Positions 47,685 to 56,820 of a DNA stretch of 64,000 bases are shown piece by piece. The DNA is from Woeseiaceae bacterium (GTDB lineage Bacteria > Pseudomonadota > Gammaproteobacteria > Steroidobacterales > Woeseiaceae). Below the pieces are notes generated by a model. It was not told the origin of the DNA. It saw nothing but the letters and a program-made list of their open reading frames with translations, and searched no databases. The stretch covers positions 258,917 to 322,916 of the forward strand of contig OZ245060.1 of the NCBI GenBank assembly GCA_965224655.1, written 5' to 3'. A program made the translations under genes and the position numbers. Position 1 is the stretch's first letter; each line of letters opens with the position of its first letter.

Positions 47685-48000
47685 ACTTGTAGGTGCGCCT
47701 GCGGTATTTGACCCAGCCGCCGTCCTCTACGCCCTGCGGGTCGTGGTGCGTCCAGTGCACAAGCCCGCCAAGCTCGTTCCATTCGTACATGCCGCGCACC
47801 TGCACCCGGTCGCCCATACCGATCGGTACACGCTTCGCCAGATCGATGTTGTGCGCGATCAGCAACGTTCGGCGGTCGCCGATATTGATAATAAACCGCT
47901 GGTGGCGAGAGCCTTCGTTGTCGTCCGACAGCAACCGCGTCACGTAGCCGGTCACTTCGATCCACTCTCCGGAGTCATTCTTTTTGAATATCTTGCTCAT
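47683..48000 (-). CDS. DUF3465-family protein
   Basis: 105 aa. The sequence 'DDNEGSRHQRFIINIGDRRTLLIAHNIDLAKRV...YEWNELGGLVHWTHHDPQG..DGGW' matches the DUF3465 pattern I recall. Confidence 0.7.
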   Translation of the reverse strand: MSKIFKKNDSGEWIEVTGYVTRLLSDDNEGSRHQRFIINIGDRRTLLIAHNIDLAKRVPIGMGDRVQVRGMYEWNELGGLVHWTHHDPQGVEDGGWVKYRRRTYK

Positions 48001-48022
48001 TGCGCGTTGTTGTTCTTATCGC

Positions 48023-48063
48023 ACAAAAAAACAAGCGCGGCGAGCCATCCCTGGCTGCCGCGC
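48023..48063 (-). terminator. Rho-independent terminator after ompA-like gene
   Basis: On the minus strand, the hairpin GCGCGGCAGCC-AGGGAT-GGCTCGCCGCGC is followed by TTGTTTTTTTG. Confidence 0.7.
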
Positions 48064-48082
48064 CTGTCCTGTTACGAGATGA

Positions 48083-48760
48083 TTATCCCGCGGTCAGCGG
48101 AACCATCGTGATTTCGACACGACGGTTTGCCTGGCGGCCAGCGGCCGTTCCGTTGTCCGCTACCGGACGTGATTCGCCCATACCGAGCGTGATCAGGCGC
48201 TCGTTGATAACGCCCTGACCCTTCAGGTAGTTCGATACCGACGCGGCGCGACGCTCTGACAGGCCCTGGTTATACGAATCGCTGCCCGTGCTGTCCGTGT
48301 GACCGGCAACCTCGACGACCGTCTGCTCGTATTCCTCGAGCACCTTGCCGACCGAGTTGAGTACATCGAAGAACGCCGGGCTCAGGTCCGAGCTGTCCGT
48401 GGCAAACGTCACGTTGCCCGGCATGTTCAGCGTAATGTTGTCGCCATTGCGAACGACGCTGACGCCCGTACCTTCGAGCTCCGCACGAAGCTCGGCTTCC
48501 TGCTTGTCCATGTAGTAACCGACGCTGCCACCGGCAAGCGCGCCAATGCCCGCACCGATCAGCGCATGCTGGCGCCGCTCGACGGCATCGTCACCCGAGA
48601 TCAGCCCCACGACCGCACCGGCCGCCGCACCAATCAGGGCGCCCTTCGTCGCCGAGCTGGTCTTCTCTTCGCGCGTATACGCGTCGAGCGTCTTGCAGCC
48701 GCTCACAAAAACGGCCAAAAAAGTCATAATCAAAACAGTTTTCGAAGATCGTATATTCAT
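48083..48760 (-). CDS. OmpA-family peptidoglycan-binding lipoprotein with glycine-zipper
   Basis: The start was trimmed to the ATG at 48760. It has the lipobox 'VFVSGC' and the glycine zipper 'GALIGAAAGAVVGLISG'. The C-terminal OmpA_C domain reads 'VAGHTDSTGSDSYNQGLSERRAASV'. Confidence 0.85.
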   Translation of the reverse strand: MNIRSSKTVLIMTFLAVFVSGCKTLDAYTREEKTSSATKGALIGAAAGAVVGLISGDDAVERRQHALIGAGIGALAGGSVGYYMDKQEAELRAELEGTGVSVVRNGDNITLNMPGNVTFATDSSDLSPAFFDVLNSVGKVLEEYEQTVVEVAGHTDSTGSDSYNQGLSERRAASVSNYLKGQGVINERLITLGMGESRPVADNGTAAGRQANRRVEITMVPLTAG

Positions 48761-48899
48761 GATCCTTCCCCTGGCTTGCAGTAAGTACGGGTGCATTGTA
48801 GGCACTTGCTAGCTGAACGCATGCTTAATTGACGCGTTTATGTACAACTAGGTCACACGGAAGTTCCATACTGTGGACTACGTCACGTAAACTGCGCGG

Positions 48900-49361
48900 A
48901 TGAGCGAGCCCGACAACTGGCTGAGCCGCTACGAACAAAGCCACGCCACGCTTCAAAACCCGTTCGTTTACTGGATCGCCGTGCCGATGCTCGTGGTCGG
49001 CCTCGTCGGGCTGTTGTGGAGCCTGCCGTCGCCGGCGCAATTCCACGAAATTTCCCCTCTGCTCAATTGGGGAACGGCATTCCTGATGGTCACCGCGATC
49101 TATTACTTCATCATCTCGCTGTCGCTGGCGATCGGCATGCTTCCGTTCCTGCTCGGCCTCGCGACAATACAGGTGTGGTTGAGCGCGTCGCCATGGCCAC
49201 TCCGCGGTATCGCGACGGGCCTCGTTGTCGCCGGGGTCGCGGGCCTCGCGCTGGGTCGCGCCGGCAAGCTGCGCTCGATAGTCGACGATCTGCAGCTCAT
49301 CATGATCGGTCCGCTGTGGCTGCTCGCGGGGATCTACAAACGGTTTCGCATCCCGGTCTGA
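48900..49361 (+). CDS. DUF962 (Mpo1-like) membrane protein
   Basis: 153 aa. It has 'YEQSHATLQNPFVYWIAVPML' followed by TM helices, as in the DUF962/YGL010w family. Confidence 0.6.
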   Translation: MSEPDNWLSRYEQSHATLQNPFVYWIAVPMLVVGLVGLLWSLPSPAQFHEISPLLNWGTAFLMVTAIYYFIISLSLAIGMLPFLLGLATIQVWLSASPWPLRGIATGLVVAGVAGLALGRAGKLRSIVDDLQLIMIGPLWLLAGIYKRFRIPV

Positions 49362-49410
49362 CATCAACTAAACTCTCCGTCCCTTTAGCGAGCCACCCAG
49401 GACACCGCGC

Positions 49411-50577
49411 GTGAGCACCAAACTCGATCCATTGGACCTCTACGACATTCGCTCGGAGCTATCCGAAGACGAGGTCATGGTCAAAGACAACGTCGCCCGT
49501 TTCGTCGACGCCGAAGTCATCCCGCTGATGCGCGAGGCTTTCGAGAACCATGAATTCCCGCAGCACCTTATCAAAGCGGTGGCCGACCTTGGATTACTGG
49601 GCAGCTCCATCGAGGGCTACGACTGTGCGGGCCTCAACGGCGTGAGCTATGGACTCATTTGCCAGGAACTCGAGCGCGGCGATTCCGGCCTGCGCTCGTT
49701 TGTGTCGGTGCAGTCGAGCCTCGTCATGTTCCCGATCTGGGCCTACGGCTCGGAGGATCAAAAGCAGCGGTGGCTGCCGGCGATGGCGCGCGGCGAGGCA
49801 ATTGGCTGCTTCGGCCTCACCGAGCCGCACGGCGGCTCCGACCCCGGCAACATGAAAACGCACGCGAAGCGTGATGGCGACGACTGGATCCTCAACGGCT
49901 CGAAGATGTGGATAACGAATGCGACGATCGCCGACGCCGCCGTCGTCTGGGCGAAGACCGAAGAAGGCGTGAAAGGCTTCATCGTCGAGAAAGACATGGC
50001 CGGGTTCGACACCCAGGAAATCGAGAACAAATTTTCGTTGCGGGCATCGGTCACCGGCGCGCTGTTCTTCGACAACGTGCGCATTCCGGAAGCCAATGTG
50101 CTACCGGGCGTGTCGAGCCTCAAGGGCCCGCTCTCCTGTCTTACGCAGGCACGCTACGGAATTACCTGGGGCGTCATCGGCGCCGCGCAGGCCTGCCTGC
50201 AGGAGGTACTGAACTACACGCAGGACCGCGTCCTGTTCGGGCGACCACTCGCGCATACACAGGCTGTGCAGATCCGCATGGCGGAGATGAGCCGCAAAAT
50301 CACGACCGCCCAACTTCTGAGCCTGCGTCTCGGCCGTATCAAGGACGCGGGCAATCTCAACCCGTCGCAGGTATCGATGGCCAAATGGAACAACTGCCGC
50401 GCAGCGCTCGACATCGCACGGGATGCGCGCGACATCCTCGGCGGCGCCGGTATCAGCGCAGAGTACGTTCCGGTGCGCCACATGCTGAATCTTGAAAGCG
50501 TGATCACTTACGAGGGCACCGAGACCGTTCACCAGCTCGTCATCGGCAAGGAGCTGACCGGAGTCAACGCATTCTGA
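49411..50577 (+). CDS. gcdH: glutaryl-CoA dehydrogenase (acyl-CoA dehydrogenase family)
   Basis: 388 aa with a GTG start. It has '[18 protein letters not shown]' and '[13 protein letters not shown]'. The N-terminus '[16 protein letters not shown]' is typical of GcdH. Confidence 0.8.
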   Translation: MSTKLDPLDLYDIRSELSEDEVMVKDNVARFVDAEVIPLMREAFENHEFPQHLIKAVADLGLLGSSIEGYDCAGLNGVSYGLICQELERGDSGLRSFVSVQSSLVMFPIWAYGSEDQKQRWLPAMARGEAIGCFGLTEPHGGSDPGNMKTHAKRDGDDWILNGSKMWITNATIADAAVVWAKTEEGVKGFIVEKDMAGFDTQEIENKFSLRASVTGALFFDNVRIPEANVLPGVSSLKGPLSCLTQARYGITWGVIGAAQACLQEVLNYTQDRVLFGRPLAHTQAVQIRMAEMSRKITTAQLLSLRLGRIKDAGNLNPSQVSMAKWNNCRAALDIARDARDILGGAGISAEYVPVRHMLNLESVITYEGTETVHQLVIGKELTGVNAF

Positions 50578-50587
50578 GGAGCCGCGT

Positions 50588-51907
50588 TTGACCGCGACGC
50601 CGCTTCCCACCGACCGCGAGGTGTGGCGCATAGCCGCACCGATGATCCTGTCCAACATTTCCGTGCCGTTACTCGGCATGGTGGACACCGGCGTCGTCGG
50701 TCACCTCGAGAGCCCCGCCTATCTCGGCGCCGTCGCCATCGGCGCAACGATATTCACGTTCATCTACATGGGCATGAATTTCCTGCGCATGGGCACGACG
50801 GGCATAGCGGCGCAGGCCTTTGGCGCCGACGACAACGACGGTCTCCGTGCGTCGCTCGGACAAGCGCTCATTGTCAGCGTCCATATTGCGTTGGCTCTGA
50901 TGCTGCTGCAGCTGCCGATTCGCAACCTCGCACTGTTCCTGCTCGGTGGCGAGCCAGAGACCCGGGCATTTGCGGCGGAATACTTCTCGATCCGCATTTG
51001 GAGTGCGCCCGGGACGTTGGCCAACTACGCATTGATCGGTTGGTTCATCGGCTTGCAAAACGCCCGCGTGCCGCTCGCGATCTTCCTGACAATCAACCTG
51101 ACGAACATCGCGCTCGACCTGCTGTTTGTCCTCGTGCTCGGTATGAAAGTCGATGGCGTAGCGCTGGCCTCAGTCATTGCCGAATACACCGGTCTCGCCG
51201 TTGGCGTTGTCTTCGCAGTTCAGGCGCTGCGGCAACGCGAGGGAAGCTGGCCGGTCGAGCGCCTTGTCAAGGTTCCGGCTTACAAGGCTTTTTTCAGCGT
51301 CAATGGCAACCTGTTTGTTCGCACGCTCGCGCTGATGTCGACGTTAGGCTTCATTACGGCCTGGGGCGCACGGCTCGGTCCGCTGATTCTCGCGGCGAAC
51401 GCCGTACTCATGAACTTCCAGATGCTGACCTCGCTGGGCCTCGACGGTATCGCACACGCGGCCGAGGCGATGGTCGGCCGCGCGATCGGCGCGAAACGCC
51501 GCAACGCGCTGGAAATGGCCGTCCGCCTGACACTGAAATGGTCGGTGATCTTTGCGATTGGCTTTACGCTGATCTACATCGTCGCGGGCCAGTGGATCGT
51601 TGCGCTGCTGACAGACCTCGAGGACGTTCGCGCTACGGCGAACCGTTACCTGCCCTGGTTGATCATCTCGCCAATCGTCTCGGTATGGTGTTTCCTTTAT
51701 GACGGTGTGTACGTCGGCGCAACTCGTGCTCGCGAAATGCGCAATATCATGGTGTTCTCGGCGCTCTGCGTATTTCTCCCCGCATGGTACCTGTCACTAC
51801 CATTAGGCAATGATGGTTTGTGGCTGGCGTTCCTGCTATTCCTTGCCAGTCGCGGCATCGGCATGCACATTGGCTACCGCCGCAAACTACTACCCACGTA
51901 TGGCTGA
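50588..51907 (+). CDS. MATE-family efflux transporter (DinF-like)
   Basis: 439 aa with 12 TM helices. The N-terminus 'REVWRIAAPMILSNISVPLLGMVDTGVVGHL' is typical of MATE/DinF. Confidence 0.85.
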   Translation: MTATPLPTDREVWRIAAPMILSNISVPLLGMVDTGVVGHLESPAYLGAVAIGATIFTFIYMGMNFLRMGTTGIAAQAFGADDNDGLRASLGQALIVSVHIALALMLLQLPIRNLALFLLGGEPETRAFAAEYFSIRIWSAPGTLANYALIGWFIGLQNARVPLAIFLTINLTNIALDLLFVLVLGMKVDGVALASVIAEYTGLAVGVVFAVQALRQREGSWPVERLVKVPAYKAFFSVNGNLFVRTLALMSTLGFITAWGARLGPLILAANAVLMNFQMLTSLGLDGIAHAAEAMVGRAIGAKRRNALEMAVRLTLKWSVIFAIGFTLIYIVAGQWIVALLTDLEDVRATANRYLPWLIISPIVSVWCFLYDGVYVGATRAREMRNIMVFSALCVFLPAWYLSLPLGNDGLWLAFLLFLASRGIGMHIGYRRKLLPTYG

Positions 51908-51925
51908 CAATCCAGTCGCCGGTGC

Positions 51926-53293
51926 TCAGACCGCTTTGACGGGGACGGCCGGCTCGAGAATATTGCGTGCCGTGCGGCGTGCCCACAGAAAACCGAGCAA
52001 GCCCGTTAACAAATTCGCCAGCGCATACGCGCCGAAGATTCCCGCAATACCGAACCACTCTTTCGCGACGAGCGCAATCGGCACGTAAATCACCATCATG
52101 CGGGTCACGCTGATGTAGACGGCCGGCATCGGTTTGCCAAGGCCATTGAACGCTGCGTTCATCACCATGACGACGCCGTAGGCACCGTAGCTGATCGGCG
52201 CAATCCACAGGAACAACCGGGTAACTTTGATGACGTCCGGGTTATCGCTGAACATGGTCGGCAGGAACCCCGACGCGAGCGCAAGAAGTACCGCGATGAC
52301 GAGCCCTGCACCCATGCAGAATGCCGACGTCAGTCGCAGCGACAACTGGATCCTGTCGTCTTTTCCCGCCGACAGGTTTTGTCCGACAAACGGACCGATT
52401 GTCGATGACATCGCGTAAAAAACGACGAGCACAAGCGACTCGATGCGGCTGGCGACGCCAAACCCGGCAACGGCTTCCGGCCCGAATCGCGCGACCATGC
52501 CGGTAACGATGGTCATTGCAACCGGGATGATGGCGTTGGTACCCGCCGCCGGAAGGCCGACATGGAGAATGTCGGCCCAGGAACGCTTCAGTTTGTCAGC
52601 GTCCGGCAAAGCCAGGCTCACCATGCCGTAGCGCGTCGTCAGCAGATAGACGGCGCCTACGAAAATCGTGCCCCTTGCCAGCAACGCCGCCACTGCTGCA
52701 CCGTTCAGCCCCAACGCGGGAACCGGCCCGAGGCCGAAGATCAGTATCGGATCGAACAGCACATTCAGGATCGCGCCGCCGATCATCAGCTTGCTGGGCA
52801 GCGTGGTGTCGCCTGTCGCGCGCATGCTGGCCATGCCGACCATCGCGACAACGATGAACGGCACCCCCGCATAAAGGATCAGCATGAAACTGCGGATCAT
52901 GGGAATCATTTCCTCGGGCGCACCGAGCAACCGGAATAGCGGGTTGATCGTCGCGACGCCGATTACTGCGACGACTGCAGTGATCAGGAATGACAGCAAC
53001 AGGCTGTCGGTCGTCAGCCTTTGTGCGCGCTCATGGTCGTCCGCGCCGATGGCGCGCGCAACGACCGACGACGTGCCCGCACCCAGACCGATCGCGATGC
53101 TCGTCACGATCATCAGTATCGGGAAGCCGAAACTGAATGCCGCCAGCGCATCGTCGCCGACCTTGCCCAGGAACCAGGTGTCGACAAATGACTGACCCAT
53201 CATCGTCGTGATACCGAGCAACACGGGCACGGTCATGTTGACGAGGTGACGGCCGACAGGCCCCTCGGTCAGTCTGGCTTTGGGAGAGTTCAT
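51926..53293 (-). CDS. MATE-family efflux transporter (NorM-like)
   Basis: 455 aa with 12 TM helices. The N-terminus 'GPVGRHLVNMTVPVLLGITTMMGQSFVDTWFLGKVGDDALAA' is typical of the MATE family. Confidence 0.85.
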   Translation of the reverse strand: MNSPKARLTEGPVGRHLVNMTVPVLLGITTMMGQSFVDTWFLGKVGDDALAAFSFGFPILMIVTSIAIGLGAGTSSVVARAIGADDHERAQRLTTDSLLLSFLITAVVAVIGVATINPLFRLLGAPEEMIPMIRSFMLILYAGVPFIVVAMVGMASMRATGDTTLPSKLMIGGAILNVLFDPILIFGLGPVPALGLNGAAVAALLARGTIFVGAVYLLTTRYGMVSLALPDADKLKRSWADILHVGLPAAGTNAIIPVAMTIVTGMVARFGPEAVAGFGVASRIESLVLVVFYAMSSTIGPFVGQNLSAGKDDRIQLSLRLTSAFCMGAGLVIAVLLALASGFLPTMFSDNPDVIKVTRLFLWIAPISYGAYGVVMVMNAAFNGLGKPMPAVYISVTRMMVIYVPIALVAKEWFGIAGIFGAYALANLLTGLLGFLWARRTARNILEPAVPVKAV

Positions 53294-53347
53294 CCGAGCT
53301 CTTCGGGCTGTTCCAGAAGAGACGAATACAGGGTATCCGTGTGAAAC

Positions 53348-53938
53348 TCAAGATTGTTCTTCAGCCGCATCGACGCGGCGCGCCGTAACGACATAGCGCA
53401 TCGGTCCGCCCGGTTCGACCGCATCGAACGGATAACAGGTTACGAGACTCAGCAACGCGATGTCGGCTTCGAGCGCGATCGACCCTTTGCGCGAGTCGAC
53501 GATATCGATGTCGACGACTTCGAAGTCGTAGCTTACGCCCTCGTTGGTTTCGATAACCAGGCGCTCTCCGGGCTGGACCTGCTCGAGAAACCGGAAGTGG
53601 GTATCGCGATGTCCGGCGATCACCGAATTGCCGCGCTCACCCGGCGGCGGACTGGCGCCGAGGTGACCGGGACCGAAGGCCAGCGTGCGACCGGAGCCGC
53701 CGGCGAGCACGATGAGATCGACCTCGCCGTCACGCGCCTTCAGCCGCGCCACCGGCCAGGTGTCCGCCCACGGCCACGGCGCGGCGCGCTCCACACCGTG
53801 ATTGCTGCGCTCCCATGCCCGTTGCATGAGCTCCTGTGCAAACCACGCCTTGGCGGGGATGTACGCGCCTTGTCCGAGCTGCCAGAACCCCAGCCCGATG
53901 ACCGCTGCCACGACCAGTTTCCTAGCGCGACCGAGCAT
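53348..53938 (-). CDS. sortase, Gram-negative ('marine proteobacterial') type
   Basis: 196 aa. It has an N-terminal TM anchor, the catalytic His context 'VIAGHRDTHF' and the Cys motif 'LSLVTCYPF' (TLxTC-like). The conserved Arg lies in 'RYVVTARR'. The start overlaps the target gene stop by 17 nt. Confidence 0.85.
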   Translation of the reverse strand: MLGRARKLVVAAVIGLGFWQLGQGAYIPAKAWFAQELMQRAWERSNHGVERAAPWPWADTWPVARLKARDGEVDLIVLAGGSGRTLAFGPGHLGASPPPGERGNSVIAGHRDTHFRFLEQVQPGERLVIETNEGVSYDFEVVDIDIVDSRKGSIALEADIALLSLVTCYPFDAVEPGGPMRYVVTARRVDAAEEQS

Positions 53939-55997
53939 GCCGGGCGCCGCCGCTGCTCTTGTGAAACATCAGCACGAGACCGAACAGAAGGGTCAGGAAT
54001 CCGCTCACGCGCAACAACGGGGCGTTCGTCGCCGTCGCCGGGAACCCCAGGATCGCATTCATGCTTTGTCCATACGGCAGCAGATTGGGGACCTGCTCGC
54101 TGGTCAGCCCGTCGCCGGCCGGTCGAACCGGGGTCTTGTCGACGGCGACGAGGCTCGTGTACTTGCTGACGAGGTGGTGTTCTATCGCGGTATCGACAAT
54201 TTCCTGTCGGGTTGCTGCCTTTTCTTCTTCAGTGCCTGGCGCACGTCGTTCGATATCCATGAGCTGGTCTATTCGTGCGCGTGCCCACAATGCGCCGACT
54301 CCGGGACTGTCGGCGGCGTTTTCAACGTCCATCTCGGCCGTAAATGCGCCCGCGACCGTATTGCCTGCAACCGTTACCGAATCGGAAGATCGCAGCTCGC
54401 CGGAAAGCGCCGCTTTTACAACAATCGGCTCGCCCAGGTAGAGGTCCGGCACCGCGGCAGGGTAGCTCTCGACGAGCACGCCGCTCGGCCAGTGCACTTC
54501 GACGTCTGTAACCTGCGGTTGCTGCAGCTTGCGGAACAGCTCATCCATTCTGTCCTGCACTTCGTGAAGCGCCGAGATAAACGTGTAGGTTCCCTTGCCG
54601 GCCTCCGCGGCCTTGCGCATGAACCAGCTGTTTGGCGCCGACCCGATGCCGACGGTGAACAGGCGTGCCGCGCCGAGTTTGTTTTCGATCATCGAGAACA
54701 ACTCGTCCTCGTAGCCAACGCTGCCGTCGGTAATGAACACAACCTGGCGCAGGTGATTCTCCGAAGGCGGCGAGTTCAGCGCGATGTTCAGGGCCGGGCG
54801 CATCTCGGTGCCGCCTTCGGCCTGCAGTCCGTCAACGAACTTCGCGGCGAATTTCAGGTTCTCGGCCGTCGCCGGTTCGCTCTTCGAGTAAAGCGGTCGC
54901 GTCGCCGAGTCGAACTCGATCACATTGAAACGGTCGCCGGGATTCAGCCCGCGCAATGCAAGTTGCAGTGCTCTTTTGGCCTGGGCAATGGATACGCCGT
55001 GCATCGACCCGGACGTATCGATGATGAATATCATCTCGCGCGGCAATACGGCGTCGGGTATCAGCTCTTCATCCGGTGGCACAACCATTAACAGCATGTG
55101 CGGTTTGCCGGCGACGTCCTCACGGAAGACCATGGCGCGAGGTTTTGCCGACGGCACAGGGCGCCACATCAGCTCGAAGTCGTGATCCATCGCGACCTTT
55201 TCGAGGCTGAGTGAGACCGTGTAGTGATTCTGCTCCCGGGCAATATCCACCGGGTGATACTGGCTCGCGATGAGGTCGAGCGGCATACCAACGTTGATCT
55301 TCACATCCATCGTGATCCGATGCGCATTCGATGACGTCACCTGCGGCGGCGTGATCTGCGATGCATCCGGCACCTCGTCCGTGTCCGGCGACCAGCCGCT
55401 GCCGGTGCGATCCGGCATCGGCGTACCCGGAATGTAGCGCGGCGTCAGCGTCATCGGGAATCGGATACTGAACTGGCCATCCTCGTAGCGAATGTCTTCC
55501 AGGTACTCGACCTCGACGACAACCCGTTCGCCGGGCGCGATGTTTGCCACCGAGGTGGTAAACAGGTTTGCCCGTTGCTGCTCAACCAGGCTTGTCTTTT
55601 TTCCTTCACTCTTGGCTTTTTCATAGGTCTTCTTCGCTTGTTCCTTTTCCTGGATTTCGCCCTCGATGAAGCGATCGCCGATGTGCAATCGCATCCGGTC
55701 GACGGCTGCCTTGTCCGGAAGCGGGAACACGTAAACACCCTCAACCCACTCGCTGCCCGTATTACGGAACTCCTGGCGTACCGAGACGCGCGCGACGAGG
55801 CCGCTGATACTCATTTCCACATCGGTGTTCAGCAGGGTCGCGACCGCGTAGCCGCTCTGCATTCGCAGCAAAAGGCTGCCCGACTGCATGTCGGACGGGC
55901 GGACGTCGTCGTTGCCCTCGGCAGGCGCGTAATACAGAACGGCAGCCAGGACGGCCACCCAGAACCACGATCGGAGGTCGGATTGTGTGCGATGCAT
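53922..55997 (-). CDS. sortase target protein with VIT and von Willebrand factor A domains
   Basis: 691 aa. It has a signal peptide and a VIT domain ('VRQEFRNTGSEWVEGVYVFPLP'). The vWA domain carries the MIDAS motif 'IFIIDTSGSMHG'. The C-terminal sorting signal is 'FPATAT' + hydrophobic 'LRVSGFLTLLFGLVLMF' + basic tail 'HKSSGGARHARSR'. Confidence 0.85.
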   Translation of the reverse strand: MHRTQSDLRSWFWVAVLAAVLYYAPAEGNDDVRPSDMQSGSLLLRMQSGYAVATLLNTDVEMSISGLVARVSVRQEFRNTGSEWVEGVYVFPLPDKAAVDRMRLHIGDRFIEGEIQEKEQAKKTYEKAKSEGKKTSLVEQQRANLFTTSVANIAPGERVVVEVEYLEDIRYEDGQFSIRFPMTLTPRYIPGTPMPDRTGSGWSPDTDEVPDASQITPPQVTSSNAHRITMDVKINVGMPLDLIASQYHPVDIAREQNHYTVSLSLEKVAMDHDFELMWRPVPSAKPRAMVFREDVAGKPHMLLMVVPPDEELIPDAVLPREMIFIIDTSGSMHGVSIAQAKRALQLALRGLNPGDRFNVIEFDSATRPLYSKSEPATAENLKFAAKFVDGLQAEGGTEMRPALNIALNSPPSENHLRQVVFITDGSVGYEDELFSMIENKLGAARLFTVGIGSAPNSWFMRKAAEAGKGTYTFISALHEVQDRMDELFRKLQQPQVTDVEVHWPSGVLVESYPAAVPDLYLGEPIVVKAALSGELRSSDSVTVAGNTVAGAFTAEMDVENAADSPGVGALWARARIDQLMDIERRAPGTEEEKAATRQEIVDTAIEHHLVSKYTSLVAVDKTPVRPAGDGLTSEQVPNLLPYGQSMNAILGFPATATNAPLLRVSGFLTLLFGLVLMFHKSSGGARHARSR

Positions 55998-56118
55998 TGC
56001 TTGCTCCCTTTGGCGTGGTGTCCATTAAGCGCCGCCAAAAAGTCAGGCTGTGGACCTCGGCATGGCAATGCACCGGCGTAATGTGGCAAATTGTGGCGCT
56101 CAATTGATGGAGGCCGCT

Positions 56119-56811
56119 GTGGCAAAACGCATAGCTATCGTTGAAGACGAAGCCGCGATCCGGGACAACTACGTCGAAGCGTTTCGACGCGAGGGCTACG
56201 CTGTGGACGCGTACGACGCCCGTCAGCCGGCGCTCAACGCGTTCGATACGCGCCTGCCCGACCTCGTCGTTATCGACATCAACCTGCGCGACGATGTCGA
56301 AGGCGGCTTCGAACTGTGCCGCGAGTTGCGCGCGCGCTCGACGGACTTGCCGATCATTTTTCTCACCGCGCGCGACAGCGAGTTCGATGCCGTTTCCGGG
56401 CTGCGGCTCGGTGCCGACGATTACCTGACCAAGGACATCAGCCTGCCGCACCTGATGGCGAGAGTCGCCGCTTTGTTCCGCCGCCTCGACGCCATGCAGC
56501 AGCCGGAAGGGAAGGACAGCCGCCTGTCGCGTGGCGACCTCGAAATCGACACGGAACGCATGACGGTGCACTGGAAGGAACAACCGGTCGGACTGACGCT
56601 GACCGAGTTCTGGCTCGTGCACGCGATGGCGCGCTATCCCGGCCACGTAAAGAACCGGCAGCAGCTCATGGATGCCGCCCAGGCGGTACTCGATGACAAC
56701 ACGATCACGTCGCACATCAAGCGAATTCGCCGCAAGTTCGTCGCGATCGATGCCGACTTCGACGCGATCGAAACCGTCTACGGCATGGGCTATCGCTGGC
56801 TGGGCGACTAG
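56119..56811 (+). CDS. OmpR/PhoB-family response regulator of the dedicated sortase system
   Basis: It has the receiver domain 'RIAIVEDEAAIRDNY...DLVVIDINL' and a winged-helix C-terminus 'YGMGYRW'. The GTG at 56119 has GGAGG 5 nt upstream. ATG 56107 or track start 56050 are alternatives. Confidence 0.8.
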   Translation: MAKRIAIVEDEAAIRDNYVEAFRREGYAVDAYDARQPALNAFDTRLPDLVVIDINLRDDVEGGFELCRELRARSTDLPIIFLTARDSEFDAVSGLRLGADDYLTKDISLPHLMARVAALFRRLDAMQQPEGKDSRLSRGDLEIDTERMTVHWKEQPVGLTLTEFWLVHAMARYPGHVKNRQQLMDAAQAVLDDNTITSHIKRIRRKFVAIDADFDAIETVYGMGYRWLGD

Positions 56812-56820
56812 CGCTATCCG

